Counted from the first letter of the stretch, positions 10,257-20,632 are shown. The stretch is DNA of 64,000 nt from Candidatus Moraniibacteriota bacterium (GCA_037137555.1 JBAXKA010000001.1:1874-65873); one strand, 5' to 3'. The notes: generated by a model from the letters alone, not told the origin. Numbers and translations: made by a program.

Positions 10257-11708
10257 ATGTCCACCAATGAAGTTGCTATCAGATTTAATGAAGTTTCTTT
10301 TGAATATTCCCGTGATAAAATCATTCTTGATGATGCTTCTTTTTCTTTGCGTCAAGGAGCAAAAGTAACTTTAATGGGACAAAATGGTGCTGGTAAAAGC
10401 ACGCTATTGGAAATGATCACAGGAGCATTAAAACCAAAATCAGGCACAATTCATGTCGCAAAAAATCTCACTATCGCCTATGCCAAGCAAGTTATTCCTC
10501 GTGACGAATTAGATCTTACGGTGAATGATTTTTTTGCTAAACGCTTTACGGAAAAAATTTATAATCTGACTCCGCGTATTGATAAAGTTTTAAATGTGGT
10601 TAATTTAAAAGCACCGCATGATCGAATTATCAAATCTTTTTCTGGCGGACAACAAGCTCGCTTGCTTCTTGCTTCAGCAATTATTTCTGATCCGGATTTA
10701 TTAATTCTTGATGAACCAACTAACAACCTTGATCCGGCTGGCATTGAGCATTTAACTCAATTTTTAATCAACTCCACAAAAACTTGCTTAGTCATTTCGC
10801 ATGATGCTGATTTTTTAAATTCTTTTACTGATGGCGTTCTCTATTTAGATATTTTTAATCACAAAACCCAACAATATCTCGGCGACTACTATTCTGTTGT
10901 GGAAGAAATTGCCGCGCAAATTGAAAAAGAAAAACGCAAAAATGCTCAATATGAAAAAGAAATTATTGCTAATAAAGAAAAGGCTAATTTTTTTGCAAAC
11001 AAGGGTGGAAAAATGCGACTTGTCGCCAGAAGAATGCGTGACAAGGCAGCGGAAATGGAAGAAGCCAAAGTAGATATTCGAAGAGAAGACAAAGCCATTC
11101 GTCCATTCGAAATACCTTGCCAAGCAGAATTGGGCGGAGAAGTTTTACATATCGATTCTGTTACGATTGTTAAAAATTATGAACCAACGGAAAAAACCGT
11201 CAATGTTTCATTGCGTAAAAATCAGCATCTACTTCTTTCCGGACCAAATGGTATTGGCAAAAGCACCCTACTCGAATCAATTGCCAAAGGAGAAACACTT
11301 AGTGCAAAAATTCTAACTGATGTTCGTGTCGGTTATTATCGCCAAGATTTTTCTACTCTTAATTTTGAAGATACGGTTTATGATTCCCTACTTTCGGTCA
11401 TGAAACTAAAAGACGAAGAAAAAATGCGTTCAGTTGCCTCAGGTTTTTTACTCACAAAAGAATGTGTCTATGCTAAAATCGGCAGTCTTTCTGAAGGTCA
11501 AAAAGGTCTCGTGGCTTTCGCCCAACTCGTTTTGCTTGAGCCGGGACTTTTAATTCTTGACGAGCCAACTAATCACATCAATTTTCGCCATTTACCTATT
11601 ATTGCTAAAGCCTTAGATGAATACACTGGTGCAATGGTGCTCGTTAGTCATGTGCCAGATTTTGTCGCCCAAATTAGAATCGATGAAGTACTTGATCTTG
11701 AAAGATAA
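10257..11708 (+). CDS. ABC-F family ATPase
   Basis: Two ABC domains (GQNGAGKS, GPNGIGKS; LDEPTN twice), no TM segments. Confidence 0.9.
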   Translation: MSTNEVAIRFNEVSFEYSRDKIILDDASFSLRQGAKVTLMGQNGAGKSTLLEMITGALKPKSGTIHVAKNLTIAYAKQVIPRDELDLTVNDFFAKRFTEKIYNLTPRIDKVLNVVNLKAPHDRIIKSFSGGQQARLLLASAIISDPDLLILDEPTNNLDPAGIEHLTQFLINSTKTCLVISHDADFLNSFTDGVLYLDIFNHKTQQYLGDYYSVVEEIAAQIEKEKRKNAQYEKEIIANKEKANFFANKGGKMRLVARRMRDKAAEMEEAKVDIRREDKAIRPFEIPCQAELGGEVLHIDSVTIVKNYEPTEKTVNVSLRKNQHLLLSGPNGIGKSTLLESIAKGETLSAKILTDVRVGYYRQDFSTLNFEDTVYDSLLSVMKLKDEEKMRSVASGFLLTKECVYAKIGSLSEGQKGLVAFAQLVLLEPGLLILDEPTNHINFRHLPIIAKALDEYTGAMVLVSHVPDFVAQIRIDEVLDLER

Positions 11709-11744
11709 TTTATTTTATTTTAGTTTTAGTTTAATTTTTTATTT

Positions 11745-12869
11745 ATGGTCTTTTTGCAAATTACTTTTTTTCTCACACTTTTAGTTTTAACGCTTTTTGG
11801 TTCGCATTATTTTTTATATGCATCACTAATTAAATTTTTTCCTTTTTTACATAACTATAAAAAGCTTTTGTTTATTACGCTTTTTTTATTAGCTATTAGT
11901 TTTATTTTGACTTCAATTCTTGCGCATGTGCGTGAAGATTTGGCTACTCGTGCCAGCTATTTACTCTCTGGTTTTTGGCTTGGATTTTTGACCAATCTTG
12001 TTTTGGCTATTTTAATTATTAGTTTTCTTAATTGGCTATTTAAACTAGCTGGTATCAATTTTAATCTCTCACTTATTGCTCTGATTTCTTTTAGTTTAGC
12101 TTTTGTTTTTTCACTTTATGGAAGCTGGAATGCTTTTCAGCCAAGACTGAAAAATATTACAGTTACAATTCCTAATTTACCCGAAAATTGGCAAGACAAG
12201 AAAGTCGTGCAACTCGCAGATGTGCATTTAGGATTAATTTATCGCAAGGATTTTCTGCAAAATATTATTGACCAAATAAATCCCCTCAACCCCGAACTAG
12301 TACTTATTACTGGAGATTTTTTTGATGGCATGGATGGAAAGCTAGATCTTTTAATCTCACCATTAAATAATCTCAAAACTGCTCAAGGAACTTTTTTTGT
12401 CAACGGAAATCATGAAACATATTTGGGCACAGAAAAAACAATTGCCACGCTCGAAAAAAATAAAGTCCAAATTCTTAAAGATCAGGTTGTGGATATTTCC
12501 GGATTAAAACTAATTGGCATTGGTTATCCAGAACGAGATTTAAAAAAAGATATTATTATTACGCTACAAGAATTAAAATCCCAGTTTTTTGGCAAGCCAA
12601 ATATCTTGCTTTATCATTCCCCTACTAACATACACCAATTTGCAGAAAATGGTGTCAATTTACAACTTTCTGGCCACACCCATTTGGGACAAATTTTTCC
12701 TTTTAATCTTATCACGAAACTAATTTATCACGGCTATGATTATGGATTGCACACAATAAACAATTACACAATTTATATTAGTAGTGGTTTGGGTACATGG
12801 GGACCAGCTATGCGCACAAATAGCACTCCAGAAATTGTCGTAATCACATTAAAAAATAAAACCAACTAA
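11745..12869 (+). CDS. Membrane-anchored metallophosphoesterase (YkuE-like)
   Basis: N-terminal TM helices; DVHLG, TGDFFD, GNHE and SGHTH motifs. Confidence 0.88.
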   Translation: MVFLQITFFLTLLVLTLFGSHYFLYASLIKFFPFLHNYKKLLFITLFLLAISFILTSILAHVREDLATRASYLLSGFWLGFLTNLVLAILIISFLNWLFKLAGINFNLSLIALISFSLAFVFSLYGSWNAFQPRLKNITVTIPNLPENWQDKKVVQLADVHLGLIYRKDFLQNIIDQINPLNPELVLITGDFFDGMDGKLDLLISPLNNLKTAQGTFFVNGNHETYLGTEKTIATLEKNKVQILKDQVVDISGLKLIGIGYPERDLKKDIIITLQELKSQFFGKPNILLYHSPTNIHQFAENGVNLQLSGHTHLGQIFPFNLITKLIYHGYDYGLHTINNYTIYISSGLGTWGPAMRTNSTPEIVVITLKNKTN

Positions 12870-12883
12870 ACAGGAGGTGTAAA

Positions 12884-13339
12884 ATGAAAAAAATTGTTCT
12901 TTGCATTATTATTCGGCACAGAGAGATTTTGCTTTTGGAATATGAACGGGGATCGCTTATGCTCCCAGGCGGACATATTGAAAAAGAAGAAACTCCAAGT
13001 ATCGCCGCCAGGAGAGAAATTCATGAAGAGCTGGGACTGAAAAATCAGCCCGTTCAAGTCATTGAACTTAAAGATTGGGGAAAGATAAAAGAATACGAAA
13101 AAGTAAGTTATCATCTTTATCTCGCTCATCTGGACAGTTTCGGAAAAGAATTTCAAATGTCTCCTCAAAAAGAAGAAGGCATAAAAAGTTTCATCTGGGT
13201 TAATCCATGGGAATTATTTAGCTCTTGGGAATCCGATGGATTTTGGCGGAATATAAAAATAAGAAATAAGATGACTGAGATCGCCAAAGAAGCCATCGAG
13301 CTTTTTATCAGCCAGCCCATTATTAAAATCATGGTCTAG
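12884..13339 (+). CDS. NUDIX hydrolase
   Basis: PGGHIEKEETPSIAARREIHEELGL Nudix box; SD AGGAGG upstream. Confidence 0.88.
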   Translation: MKKIVLCIIIRHREILLLEYERGSLMLPGGHIEKEETPSIAARREIHEELGLKNQPVQVIELKDWGKIKEYEKVSYHLYLAHLDSFGKEFQMSPQKEEGIKSFIWVNPWELFSSWESDGFWRNIKIRNKMTEIAKEAIELFISQPIIKIMV

Positions 13340-13371
13340 GAAGAGGAGAGATCTATGATAAAAAAACAAAA

Positions 13372-13407
13372 AAACCGGCCAAAGCTAAACATAGCTTTGT
13401 CGGTTTT
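13372..13407 (+). terminator. Intrinsic terminator
   Basis: AAAACCGGCCAAAGCTA...TAGCTTTGTCGGTTTT hairpin followed by a T run. Confidence 0.7.
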
Positions 13408-13426
13408 ATTTTTTTTAAAAATTTCT

Positions 13427-14263
13427 TGTCATAAAAATATAGCTATGTCATAGTAGCGTTTTCTAGAAATGTCATACCTGCTAAGATATTGAGTTAATCA
13501 TTAAGCTCAATATCAATGTGATCAAAAGCGGAACACAAGGAATTATCCACAAACTAAGAAATAAGACGGGCAACAATAAATTAGAAAATAAACTTTTGGA
13601 AAAAGCCAAAAAACTGCTTAAAAAAAGTATTCTGATTTCGGTCCAACATTAGCAACAGAGAAACTAATGGAACTGAATAAAATCAATTTGGGCGTAACGA
13701 CAATTCGCGAGTTAATGATCGAAGAAAAATATTGGAAACCAAAAGTGAGAAAACAAAATCAAGTCCATAAAGTATATTCCTAATTTCAATCAAAGGTTTG
13801 CAGTTATTCCTACCAAAAAAACTGATTTGCACAAACCACTAACCAAAAATGAAAAAGAAAACCTAGCTAAAATATTTTCCATTCAGTCTAAGCGATAAGT
13901 TAAAAATGATTTCACTATTCAATTTAAAAACACATAGTATCAATTAAAAGAAATTCAACTCACAACCGTTTATCGCAGAGATGAAATTTTGATTGAAGAA
14001 AGATTAGACAATTCGATTCATCTAAGCAAAAAAGCTCAGTATCTTAATTTTGAAAAGTTACCCCAAAGACCTGAAAAAGTTAAAATGAAACTGCTGGCTA
14101 TTACTCCACAAAAAACTTCATGAATACCACCGATCAATCATCCTTGGAGAGTGAGAATGGCAGCTCAATTTAAGCAAAAACAATTAGCCCATAATTCTCT
14201 TGTTTCGCAAGTATGACATTTTAAAAAAACGCGGGGGTATGACATTTCTATATAATTTTGACA
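13427..14263 (+). mobile_element. Decayed, internally deleted IS (ISNCY/IS1202-like DDE transposase remnant)
   Basis: TGTCA...TGACA imperfect terminal IRs with repeated ATGTCATA; frameshifted pieces YSDFGPTLATEKL, FNQRFAV, VKNDFTIQF and NHPWR. Confidence 0.78.
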
Positions 14264-14277
14264 TACGGAACTAATTA

Positions 14278-14348
14278 TTGACAATTTCTTATATATAATC
14301 TATCCTGATTTCCATTAGCATTTGTATGCTAATAATTGTTCATTAACA
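14278..14348 (+). promoter_or_regulatory. Sigma70 promoter with leader hairpin and boxA-like motif
   Basis: TTGACA-N17-TATCCT; ATTAGCAT/ATGCTAAT hairpin; TGTTCATTAACA. Confidence 0.6.
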
Positions 14349-14375
14349 TTTTTGATATCGAAAGGAAAGCCCACT

Positions 14376-16013
14376 ATGAGAAAAACTATTTTTGGCACGA
14401 TTCTAATTTGTTTTTTGTCTTTATTATTTGTTGGTTCGTTAATGGCAACCGCTCCCCCAGTATTTATTTTGGGGAATATTTTAGTTGATATTCGAGAAAA
14501 TACTTGCAGACCAATTCATGGTCTGGGCATATCTGGACTGGAATATGGGATTCCGCATGTTGATAATCTCATATGTCCGGCAAGATACCCTGGAACAGCG
14601 GGTACTGATTATTTTGTTCCGAGCTCATCACAGTTTCAATCTGCCAAAAGCCTCGGATCCAGAGTGGTCAGACTGCCCTTTGATCTCGGACGCTTAGTCC
14701 CAGGCTCATTGAACATAAATTATGTCCCTGGCAAGGACATTGTGTTCGATCAGGTTTACCTGGGATATTTAAGACAATGCCTAGGGATGGCACAAGATTA
14801 CGATCAACTGCTAATCCTGGACATGCATAATTATCTATACTACATTGATGATTATGCGAAAAAAATATTCTTGATTAATGATTCATTGATTCATCGAGAA
14901 CTATTAAATCAAACATGGACACAGCTCGTGCAGGAGTTTGCAAATAGTCCTGCATTGTTTGGTTATGAAATTATGAACGAACCAAATAAAACCTCCCATG
15001 AATCAAATTGGCTGTCTATTGCCCAATCGGCAATAAATAGAATCAGAGAGGTTGATTCTGACCACTTTGTTTTCGTCAACGGAAAAACATTCAGCAGTGC
15101 TGGCGGATGGCTGAATGCTGAAAATGACAATCTGGAAAAATTAACCGATACAGCAAGCAAACTGGTTTTTACTCCCCATCTATATGCCGATTCCAATTAT
15201 AATGGAAAATACGATGGGGAGATAGACGATTATCCACCAGACGGGTGGAAAAGCGAACTCTATCGATTGGCCTGGGGCGCAATTAAATGGTCACGGGAAT
15301 ACAACAAGCCACTACTTTTTGGCGAAGTTGGCTTCCTGACAAAAACTGATGCGTGGGATATTGTTTTCAAAGAACTCCTGCGTGAATATTTAATGCTTCA
15401 TAATGTAGGAATAATTCTGTGGGCATTAGAACCAGAAGATATTCCTCATCAAGATACATACATTCTTGGCGAGAGCAAGGCCATCGCCAAAACATTTGCA
15501 GAATACTCCACCAAAAAAATAAACTTTCAAAATAGAAATGGTGGGGATTACATTTTCCACAATAACCTCCAAAATGGTTACCAGGTTTATGCCTGGGAAG
15601 GAGTGGCGTCTAGAATACTAGAAGCTGGTGGCTTGGACAATAGTCCAAGTCTAAGCATACACTTCAATGGCAATTGGAGTGATGGCTTTGACATAGCCAG
15701 CAAAAATATCAAAGATGAACACTCTGACTTTGATATTAGAGGCTCCTTGAATGTTTCCTTTTATTACAAAGGGGAAGCGAGTCTCCGAACGAGTTTTTGT
15801 GACGAAAGCATTTCTGGTTGTGGACAAATCATTGTTACACCCAGACAAGCAGAACTCACAAAGATAGAAATTCCAATCACACAACAAATGCTCCCATCTA
15901 GTGGCAAATTTGATCGCATCAAATTTCAAACTGGCGATGGAGCTTTTGTCGGGGATATTATCCTCGATGAAATAATATTAACACCCTGCATTCAAAAAAG
16001 AACGCAGGGTTGA
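14376..16013 (+). CDS. Secreted GH5 glycoside hydrolase with C-terminal CBM-like domain
   Basis: Signal peptide MRKTIFG...; VVRLPF, LDMHNY, IMNEP (acid/base), PHLY, FGEVG (nucleophile). Confidence 0.85.
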   Translation: MRKTIFGTILICFLSLLFVGSLMATAPPVFILGNILVDIRENTCRPIHGLGISGLEYGIPHVDNLICPARYPGTAGTDYFVPSSSQFQSAKSLGSRVVRLPFDLGRLVPGSLNINYVPGKDIVFDQVYLGYLRQCLGMAQDYDQLLILDMHNYLYYIDDYAKKIFLINDSLIHRELLNQTWTQLVQEFANSPALFGYEIMNEPNKTSHESNWLSIAQSAINRIREVDSDHFVFVNGKTFSSAGGWLNAENDNLEKLTDTASKLVFTPHLYADSNYNGKYDGEIDDYPPDGWKSELYRLAWGAIKWSREYNKPLLFGEVGFLTKTDAWDIVFKELLREYLMLHNVGIILWALEPEDIPHQDTYILGESKAIAKTFAEYSTKKINFQNRNGGDYIFHNNLQNGYQVYAWEGVASRILEAGGLDNSPSLSIHFNGNWSDGFDIASKNIKDEHSDFDIRGSLNVSFYYKGEASLRTSFCDESISGCGQIIVTPRQAELTKIEIPITQQMLPSSGKFDRIKFQTGDGAFVGDIILDEIILTPCIQKRTQG

Positions 16014-16022
16014 TAAAGAAAC

Positions 16023-16058
16023 AATCCCGAAGTGTATATTTTATACTTCGGGATTTTT
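16023..16058 (+). terminator. Intrinsic terminator
   Basis: AATCCCGAAGTGTA...TATACTTCGGGATT followed by Ts. Confidence 0.8.
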
Positions 16059-16118
16059 AATTATTTAAACTCGTTTGTTTCTAGCATAAAGTTTATTTCC
16101 TGAGTTATTAAAAAATAT

Positions 16119-17123
16119 TTAATCCGCTATTAAATTCTTAATAATTTTCACCATAATTTCTTTTTCTTTTGGATCACTTTCTGCGACAAGAAGCGCGAGC
16201 GCCGTGAGAGCATTATCATTAATCTTTCTCTCACCGCTCATACGATAGAGATAATCCGACTTGTCTAGAAAATATACGAACAAAAATGCACCTGAGCGTT
16301 TATTGCCATCAGAAAATGGATGGTCTTTGATCGTGAAATATAAGAGATGTGCCGCTCGATCTTCGATTGTTGGATAGAGTTCTTTTTTGCCAAAAGTTTG
16401 ATAAAGTCCCTTGACAATTCCCTCAAAACTCCCGCCTCTTGCTTGCCCAAATAAATCGCTAGCTTCTTTTTTATTAACTAGCTCTTTTTTCAATTCCAAA
16501 ATTACTTGCAAGCATTTTTTATAGGATAGCACAAATTTAGTTTTTCCGCCCCTCATTTCTTTCAAACTCCCTTTGTCATATTGTTCGAGCATTGTCAATG
16601 TTTTAGCATAAGCAGAAAGTAAATTCAAAATCTCACCAGATTGTCCTGCCAGCAATTCTTTTTTTGACTTTTTTTGCAAAAAATCAATGGTCATTTTTAG
16701 TTCATTGAATTTTTCTTGTGCTTCCATGAGGCGTTTTTCATTAATGACATAGCCTTGTAGCAAATATTTTCTTAAAACATTTGTCGCCCATTTTCTAAAA
16801 TGAATAGCTCTTGCAGAATTTGTCCTGTAGCCCACCGCTAAGATAACATCCAAACCATAAAACATCACTGGTTTATCAGAATTTGCAATGTGCAAAAAAT
16901 GCACATTACTTTTTTCGTCTATTTCTTTGTCGGAAAAAATTGCTTTAATGTGCTTAGCAATGACAGATCTTTCTTTTCCAAACAAAGTTGCAATTTCTCT
17001 TTGTCTAAGCCAGATAGCCTCCTCTTTAAATTGCACTTCCAACTCAACCTCATTTTTCGTGGTTTTATAGATAATAATTTCACCTCTATTGAATTCGTCT
17101 TTTTTTATTGTAGTTTTTTTCAT
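16119..17123 (-). CDS. RhuM-like/Fic-Doc fusion protein
   Basis: VILAVGYRTNS..A..FRKWAT (RhuM-like) and HPFSDGNKRSG (Fic). Confidence 0.88.
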   Translation of the reverse strand: MKKTTIKKDEFNRGEIIIYKTTKNEVELEVQFKEEAIWLRQREIATLFGKERSVIAKHIKAIFSDKEIDEKSNVHFLHIANSDKPVMFYGLDVILAVGYRTNSARAIHFRKWATNVLRKYLLQGYVINEKRLMEAQEKFNELKMTIDFLQKKSKKELLAGQSGEILNLLSAYAKTLTMLEQYDKGSLKEMRGGKTKFVLSYKKCLQVILELKKELVNKKEASDLFGQARGGSFEGIVKGLYQTFGKKELYPTIEDRAAHLLYFTIKDHPFSDGNKRSGAFLFVYFLDKSDYLYRMSGERKINDNALTALALLVAESDPKEKEIMVKIIKNLIAD

Positions 17124-17143
17124 AAAATTTATTTTCTAATCAT

Positions 17144-18256
17144 CTAATTATTTGAACTAGTCTGCTTAGAAATATTTAAAAGCACACCGATTCCCGCCAT
17201 CAGAAAAATAAGAGATGTTCCGCCATAGCTAATAAACGGTAATGGAATTCCTGTGAGTGGAATAATTCCAGAAATGGCTGAAATATTAATGAGGGCTTGA
17301 AAAGTTATCCAGCAAGTAATGCCCACTGCGGTAAGTTGCGAAAAACGATCTGGTGCATTTTTGGCAATCCGAAAACCGATCATGGCAAGAGCTAAAAATA
17401 AAAAAACTAAAATTAAAACTCCGATCAGTCCCAATTCTTCTCCGATAATGGCAAAAATAGAATCGCCGACTGGTTCTGGCAAATAATTAAATTTTTGCAT
17501 GCTATGCCCCAATCCTACTCCAAAAATTCCACCTGAACCAATAGCCAGAAGTGCTTGATTAATTTGATAGCCAATTCCTCGCGGATCTAATTCGGGATGC
17601 AAAAAAACTAAAAATCGATCCATACGATAAGATTCAAATTTAATTAGCAGTGCAAGTGCCGCGAAACCAGAACCAGCAATCATAAACATATGGGAAAGTC
17701 TGGCACCGGAAATAAAAAAAATCGACATAGCAATAAAAATAATCACACCAAGCGTTCCCATGTCCGGTTGTTTTTCCAAAAGAAAACTAACCACACCAAC
17801 CACTGCTAAAAATGGCAACAAACCTTCATAGAAATCCTTCACTTTTTCCGCGCGACTTTCCAGCCAAGCTGACAGATAAATAATAATTGCTAATTTTAGC
17901 ATTTCTGAGGGCTGAAAAGAAAACGGACCAAGTTGCAACCAACGACTCGCACCATAAACTTTGGAGCCGACACCTGGTACAAAAACTAAAATAAGCAAAA
18001 AAATACTCAGAATAAAAAAAGGAAAAGCAATTTTTCTCCAAAAATTATAATTGATTTTTTGAGTTACATATAAAATAAATAATCCTGGCAAAACTCCATA
18101 AAATAATTGATGCTTAAAAAAATAATAAGAATCACCAAAGCGACTACGCGAATAAGCGATGCCAGCCGAAGCAATCATTGCCAAACCAAAAATAACTAAC
18201 AGTGAAGTTATAAATAATAAGTTTTTATTTATTTCATGTTCTTTATATTTTGTCAT
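17144..18256 (-). CDS. ftsW: Peptidoglycan polymerase FtsW
   Basis: GASRW, FQPSE, QPDMG, LPEPVGDSIFA and PFISYGG motifs. Confidence 0.93.
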   Translation of the reverse strand: MTKYKEHEINKNLLFITSLLVIFGLAMIASAGIAYSRSRFGDSYYFFKHQLFYGVLPGLFILYVTQKINYNFWRKIAFPFFILSIFLLILVFVPGVGSKVYGASRWLQLGPFSFQPSEMLKLAIIIYLSAWLESRAEKVKDFYEGLLPFLAVVGVVSFLLEKQPDMGTLGVIIFIAMSIFFISGARLSHMFMIAGSGFAALALLIKFESYRMDRFLVFLHPELDPRGIGYQINQALLAIGSGGIFGVGLGHSMQKFNYLPEPVGDSIFAIIGEELGLIGVLILVFLFLALAMIGFRIAKNAPDRFSQLTAVGITCWITFQALINISAISGIIPLTGIPLPFISYGGTSLIFLMAGIGVLLNISKQTSSNN

Positions 18257-18905
18257 TTTTTTCTCGCCATTTTTTTATTTCATTATGATTTCCGCTCATA
18301 AGCACTGCTGGCACTGGCCAATTATTAAATTCTTGCGGTTTGCTATATTGTGGATGTTCTTTGTAGTTTTTAATTTTATGGGATTCATTTTTAGCGCTTT
18401 CAGCATTTCCCAATACTCCAGGCAAAAGTCGTGCAACAGAATCAACAATAATTAACGCGGGAATTTCTCCGCCCGTAAGCACATAATCTCCAATAGAAAT
18501 TTCCTCATCAGCAATATTTTTTGCCACTCGCTCATCTACGCCTTCATAGCGTCCACAAATCAAAACCAAATTAGTATATTTTGCCAACCGCTCTGCTGTT
18601 CTTTGTGTATATTTTTTGCCCTTAGCTGAAAAAAGAATTATTCGTGTATTAGCTTTATTTTGTTTTTTAGTAATTATTTTTTTTATTTTCTCAACACAAG
18701 CATAAATCGGCTGAACTTGAAGCACCATTCCTGCTCCTCCGCCATATGGCGTATCATCAACCTTACCATTTTTATCGTCCGTATAATCTCGCAAATTATG
18801 CGTAAAAATTTCAATAAATTTATTTTTTTGAGCACGCCCAATAATTGATTCTTGCAAATAAGAATTTAAAATTTGAGGAAAAATTGTGATGATGTCGAAA
18901 CGCAT
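18243..18905 (-). CDS. trmD: tRNA (guanine37-N1)-methyltransferase
   Basis: VDDTPYGGGAGM, CGRYEGVDER and SIGDYVLTGGE motifs. Confidence 0.97.
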   Translation of the reverse strand: MRFDIITIFPQILNSYLQESIIGRAQKNKFIEIFTHNLRDYTDDKNGKVDDTPYGGGAGMVLQVQPIYACVEKIKKIITKKQNKANTRIILFSAKGKKYTQRTAERLAKYTNLVLICGRYEGVDERVAKNIADEEISIGDYVLTGGEIPALIIVDSVARLLPGVLGNAESAKNESHKIKNYKEHPQYSKPQEFNNWPVPAVLMSGNHNEIKKWREKNDKI

Positions 18906-18925
18906 ATTTTTTGGTGATTATTTTC
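18875..18925. repeat. 51-bp direct repeat, copy 1 (trmD 5' end plus upstream sequence)
   Basis: Identical to 21690-21740. Confidence 0.95.
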
Positions 18926-20000
18926 CAGATTTAGTTCGATTACAATTCTTACAAAGCATCTGGCAATTTTTTGAAATTGTTTTTCCGCCTTCGTGCCAAG
19001 GTGTGATATGATCAGCTTCCATTTCTTCTGTTTCAAAATGTTCTTTGCATTTTATGCAAATGCCTTTTTGTTTTTCATAAATTTCCCTTTTTTGTTTATC
19101 TGCAAAAGCACGGATATTTAAATATTTTTCATTTCTTGTCAGAACATAAGGATAAATTCCAGATTTTTTTGTTACATCTTCATCTTGCATTAGTTTTGTG
19201 ATTTCTTCTTCTAATTTTTCAAAATCAACTTCTTGATCTTTGAATCGATTGTATAAATTCCCAAAAGAAACGCCTTTCATTTCTTTGCGATAATTGGGAA
19301 AAACAGCTTTAATCCAATTTATTATGCTTTGAAAATAGAGCCACAACTCATTGGCGTTTGGCTTGTGCTGATTTTCTGCCATATACTGCTCAATGTTTTC
19401 ATCACTAATCCACGAAATAGCCGTTTCTAAATATTCTTGACGAATACTAGAACCATTTAAATAATCACTTCCAATACCATAGGCAGGGCAACCAGATTTA
19501 CTAAAATATCTTTTGGCATCAGTTAACCAAGTGCCAGTATAAATTGCATTTCGCAATTCTTGATCAGTTAATTTTTCACCAGCGATATTAATTGTTTTAA
19601 ACCAATCTAGTTTTTCCTTATCATTTCCCTCGCAAAAATAAACCATAAGTTTATAATTCAAAATTTGCTCTTGCTCTATGTCGGTAAGATTGTGAAAAGA
19701 TAAGTTATTTAGAAAAAAATTGCCTACCACATATTCGCAAATACTAATTGTGCGTTGTTGTCCGTCCAAAACTTCAAAAGTTCCATCTTCATTTTTCACC
19801 CAATACATTACATTTAATGGAAAACTTTTTTGCACAGTTTCAATCACTAAATCTCTTTGCTTATCCTTATACACAAATTCTCTTTGATATTTTGGACGGA
19901 TATTTAGTTTTCCACTATAGCCAACCACACCTTCTTCATCATTATTAGCATACGCATCAACAATTTCTCTGATTGCGATTTCTTGTAGTTTAATTTTCAT
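18918..20000 (-). CDS. DUF262 (ParB-like) + HNH endonuclease
   Basis: PKYQRE, VLDGQQR and N..G..L motifs; C-terminal CxxC..ADHITPW..GG..N..LC..CN. Confidence 0.88.
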   Translation of the reverse strand: MKIKLQEIAIREIVDAYANNDEEGVVGYSGKLNIRPKYQREFVYKDKQRDLVIETVQKSFPLNVMYWVKNEDGTFEVLDGQQRTISICEYVVGNFFLNNLSFHNLTDIEQEQILNYKLMVYFCEGNDKEKLDWFKTINIAGEKLTDQELRNAIYTGTWLTDAKRYFSKSGCPAYGIGSDYLNGSSIRQEYLETAISWISDENIEQYMAENQHKPNANELWLYFQSIINWIKAVFPNYRKEMKGVSFGNLYNRFKDQEVDFEKLEEEITKLMQDEDVTKKSGIYPYVLTRNEKYLNIRAFADKQKREIYEKQKGICIKCKEHFETEEMEADHITPWHEGGKTISKNCQMLCKNCNRTKSGK

Positions 20001-20011
20001 AAATAGTATAA

Positions 20012-20299
20012 TTAAAAGTTATTTTTTCTAGCCAATTCTGGTAATTTTTCAAATTGATTATGTATCAACGCTTCTTTTTTTTCTCTTCTCCAACCTTGCA
20101 CTTGCTTTTCTCGATAAAATGCTTCATCAATTCTAGCATATTCTTCAAAATAAACTAATTTAACTGGCAATCTCTTTTTTGTGTGATTTGCACCTTTTCC
20201 TGATTGATGTTGAGCCAAACGAAATTCCAAATCTTTTGTACTTCCAGTGTAGTAACTACCATCAGCACATTCTAAAATATACATGTATCCTTTACTCAT
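20012..20299 (-). CDS. Small GIY-YIG nuclease (UPF0213/YhbQ-like), 95 aa
   Basis: [21 protein letters not shown] and [12 protein letters not shown] motifs; start moved to MSKG because the upstream ORF extension is translated repeat. Confidence 0.88.
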   Translation of the reverse strand: MSKGYMYILECADGSYYTGSTKDLEFRLAQHQSGKGANHTKKRLPVKLVYFEEYARIDEAFYREKQVQGWRREKKEALIHNQFEKLPELARKNNF

Positions 20300-20302
20300 A
20301 CC

Positions 20303-20632
20303 CGTTGGTTGAGCTTGTCGAAACCAATACTTACTAATTCGCAGGTGTTGCCTTCGATAAGCATAGACATTGTGTGTTGCCTTCGACGGGTGTGTTGCCT
20401 TCGACGGGCTCAGGCAACGGGAACGCATCCGTTGGTTGAGCTTGTCGAAACCAACTGTCGAAACCAATCACCTACTCGTTGGTTGAGCTTGTCGAAACCA
20501 ACACTCACACCAATTCGCTGAGTGTTGCCTTCGATAAACTCAGGCAACGGAGAAGGGTGTTGCCTTCGACGGGCTCAGGCAACGGGAACGCATTGTTGGT
20601 TGAGCTTGTCGAAACCAACTATCGAAACCAAC
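20303..20632. repeat. Array of ~25-29 bp hairpin repeats with TGAGCnnGTCGAA core in both orientations
   Basis: 4x GTTGGTTGAGCTTGTCGAAACCAA; 3 full and 2 truncated GTGTTGCCTTCGA(CGGG)CTCAGGCAACGG-type copies. Confidence 0.92.

Noticed and set aside
10257-11708. ABC-F as an antibiotic-resistance gene
   Set aside because: The subfamily cannot be assigned from motifs alone, and housekeeping ABC-Fs are common.
20300-20521. N-terminal extension of the GIY-YIG ORF and the opposite-strand ORF 20309-20521
   Set aside because: Both are translations of the repeats (FDKLNQR, LSLSKP).
20303-20632. CRISPR array
   Set aside because: Mixed orientations, short irregular or duplicated spacers, and no cas genes; kept as a REP-like array.
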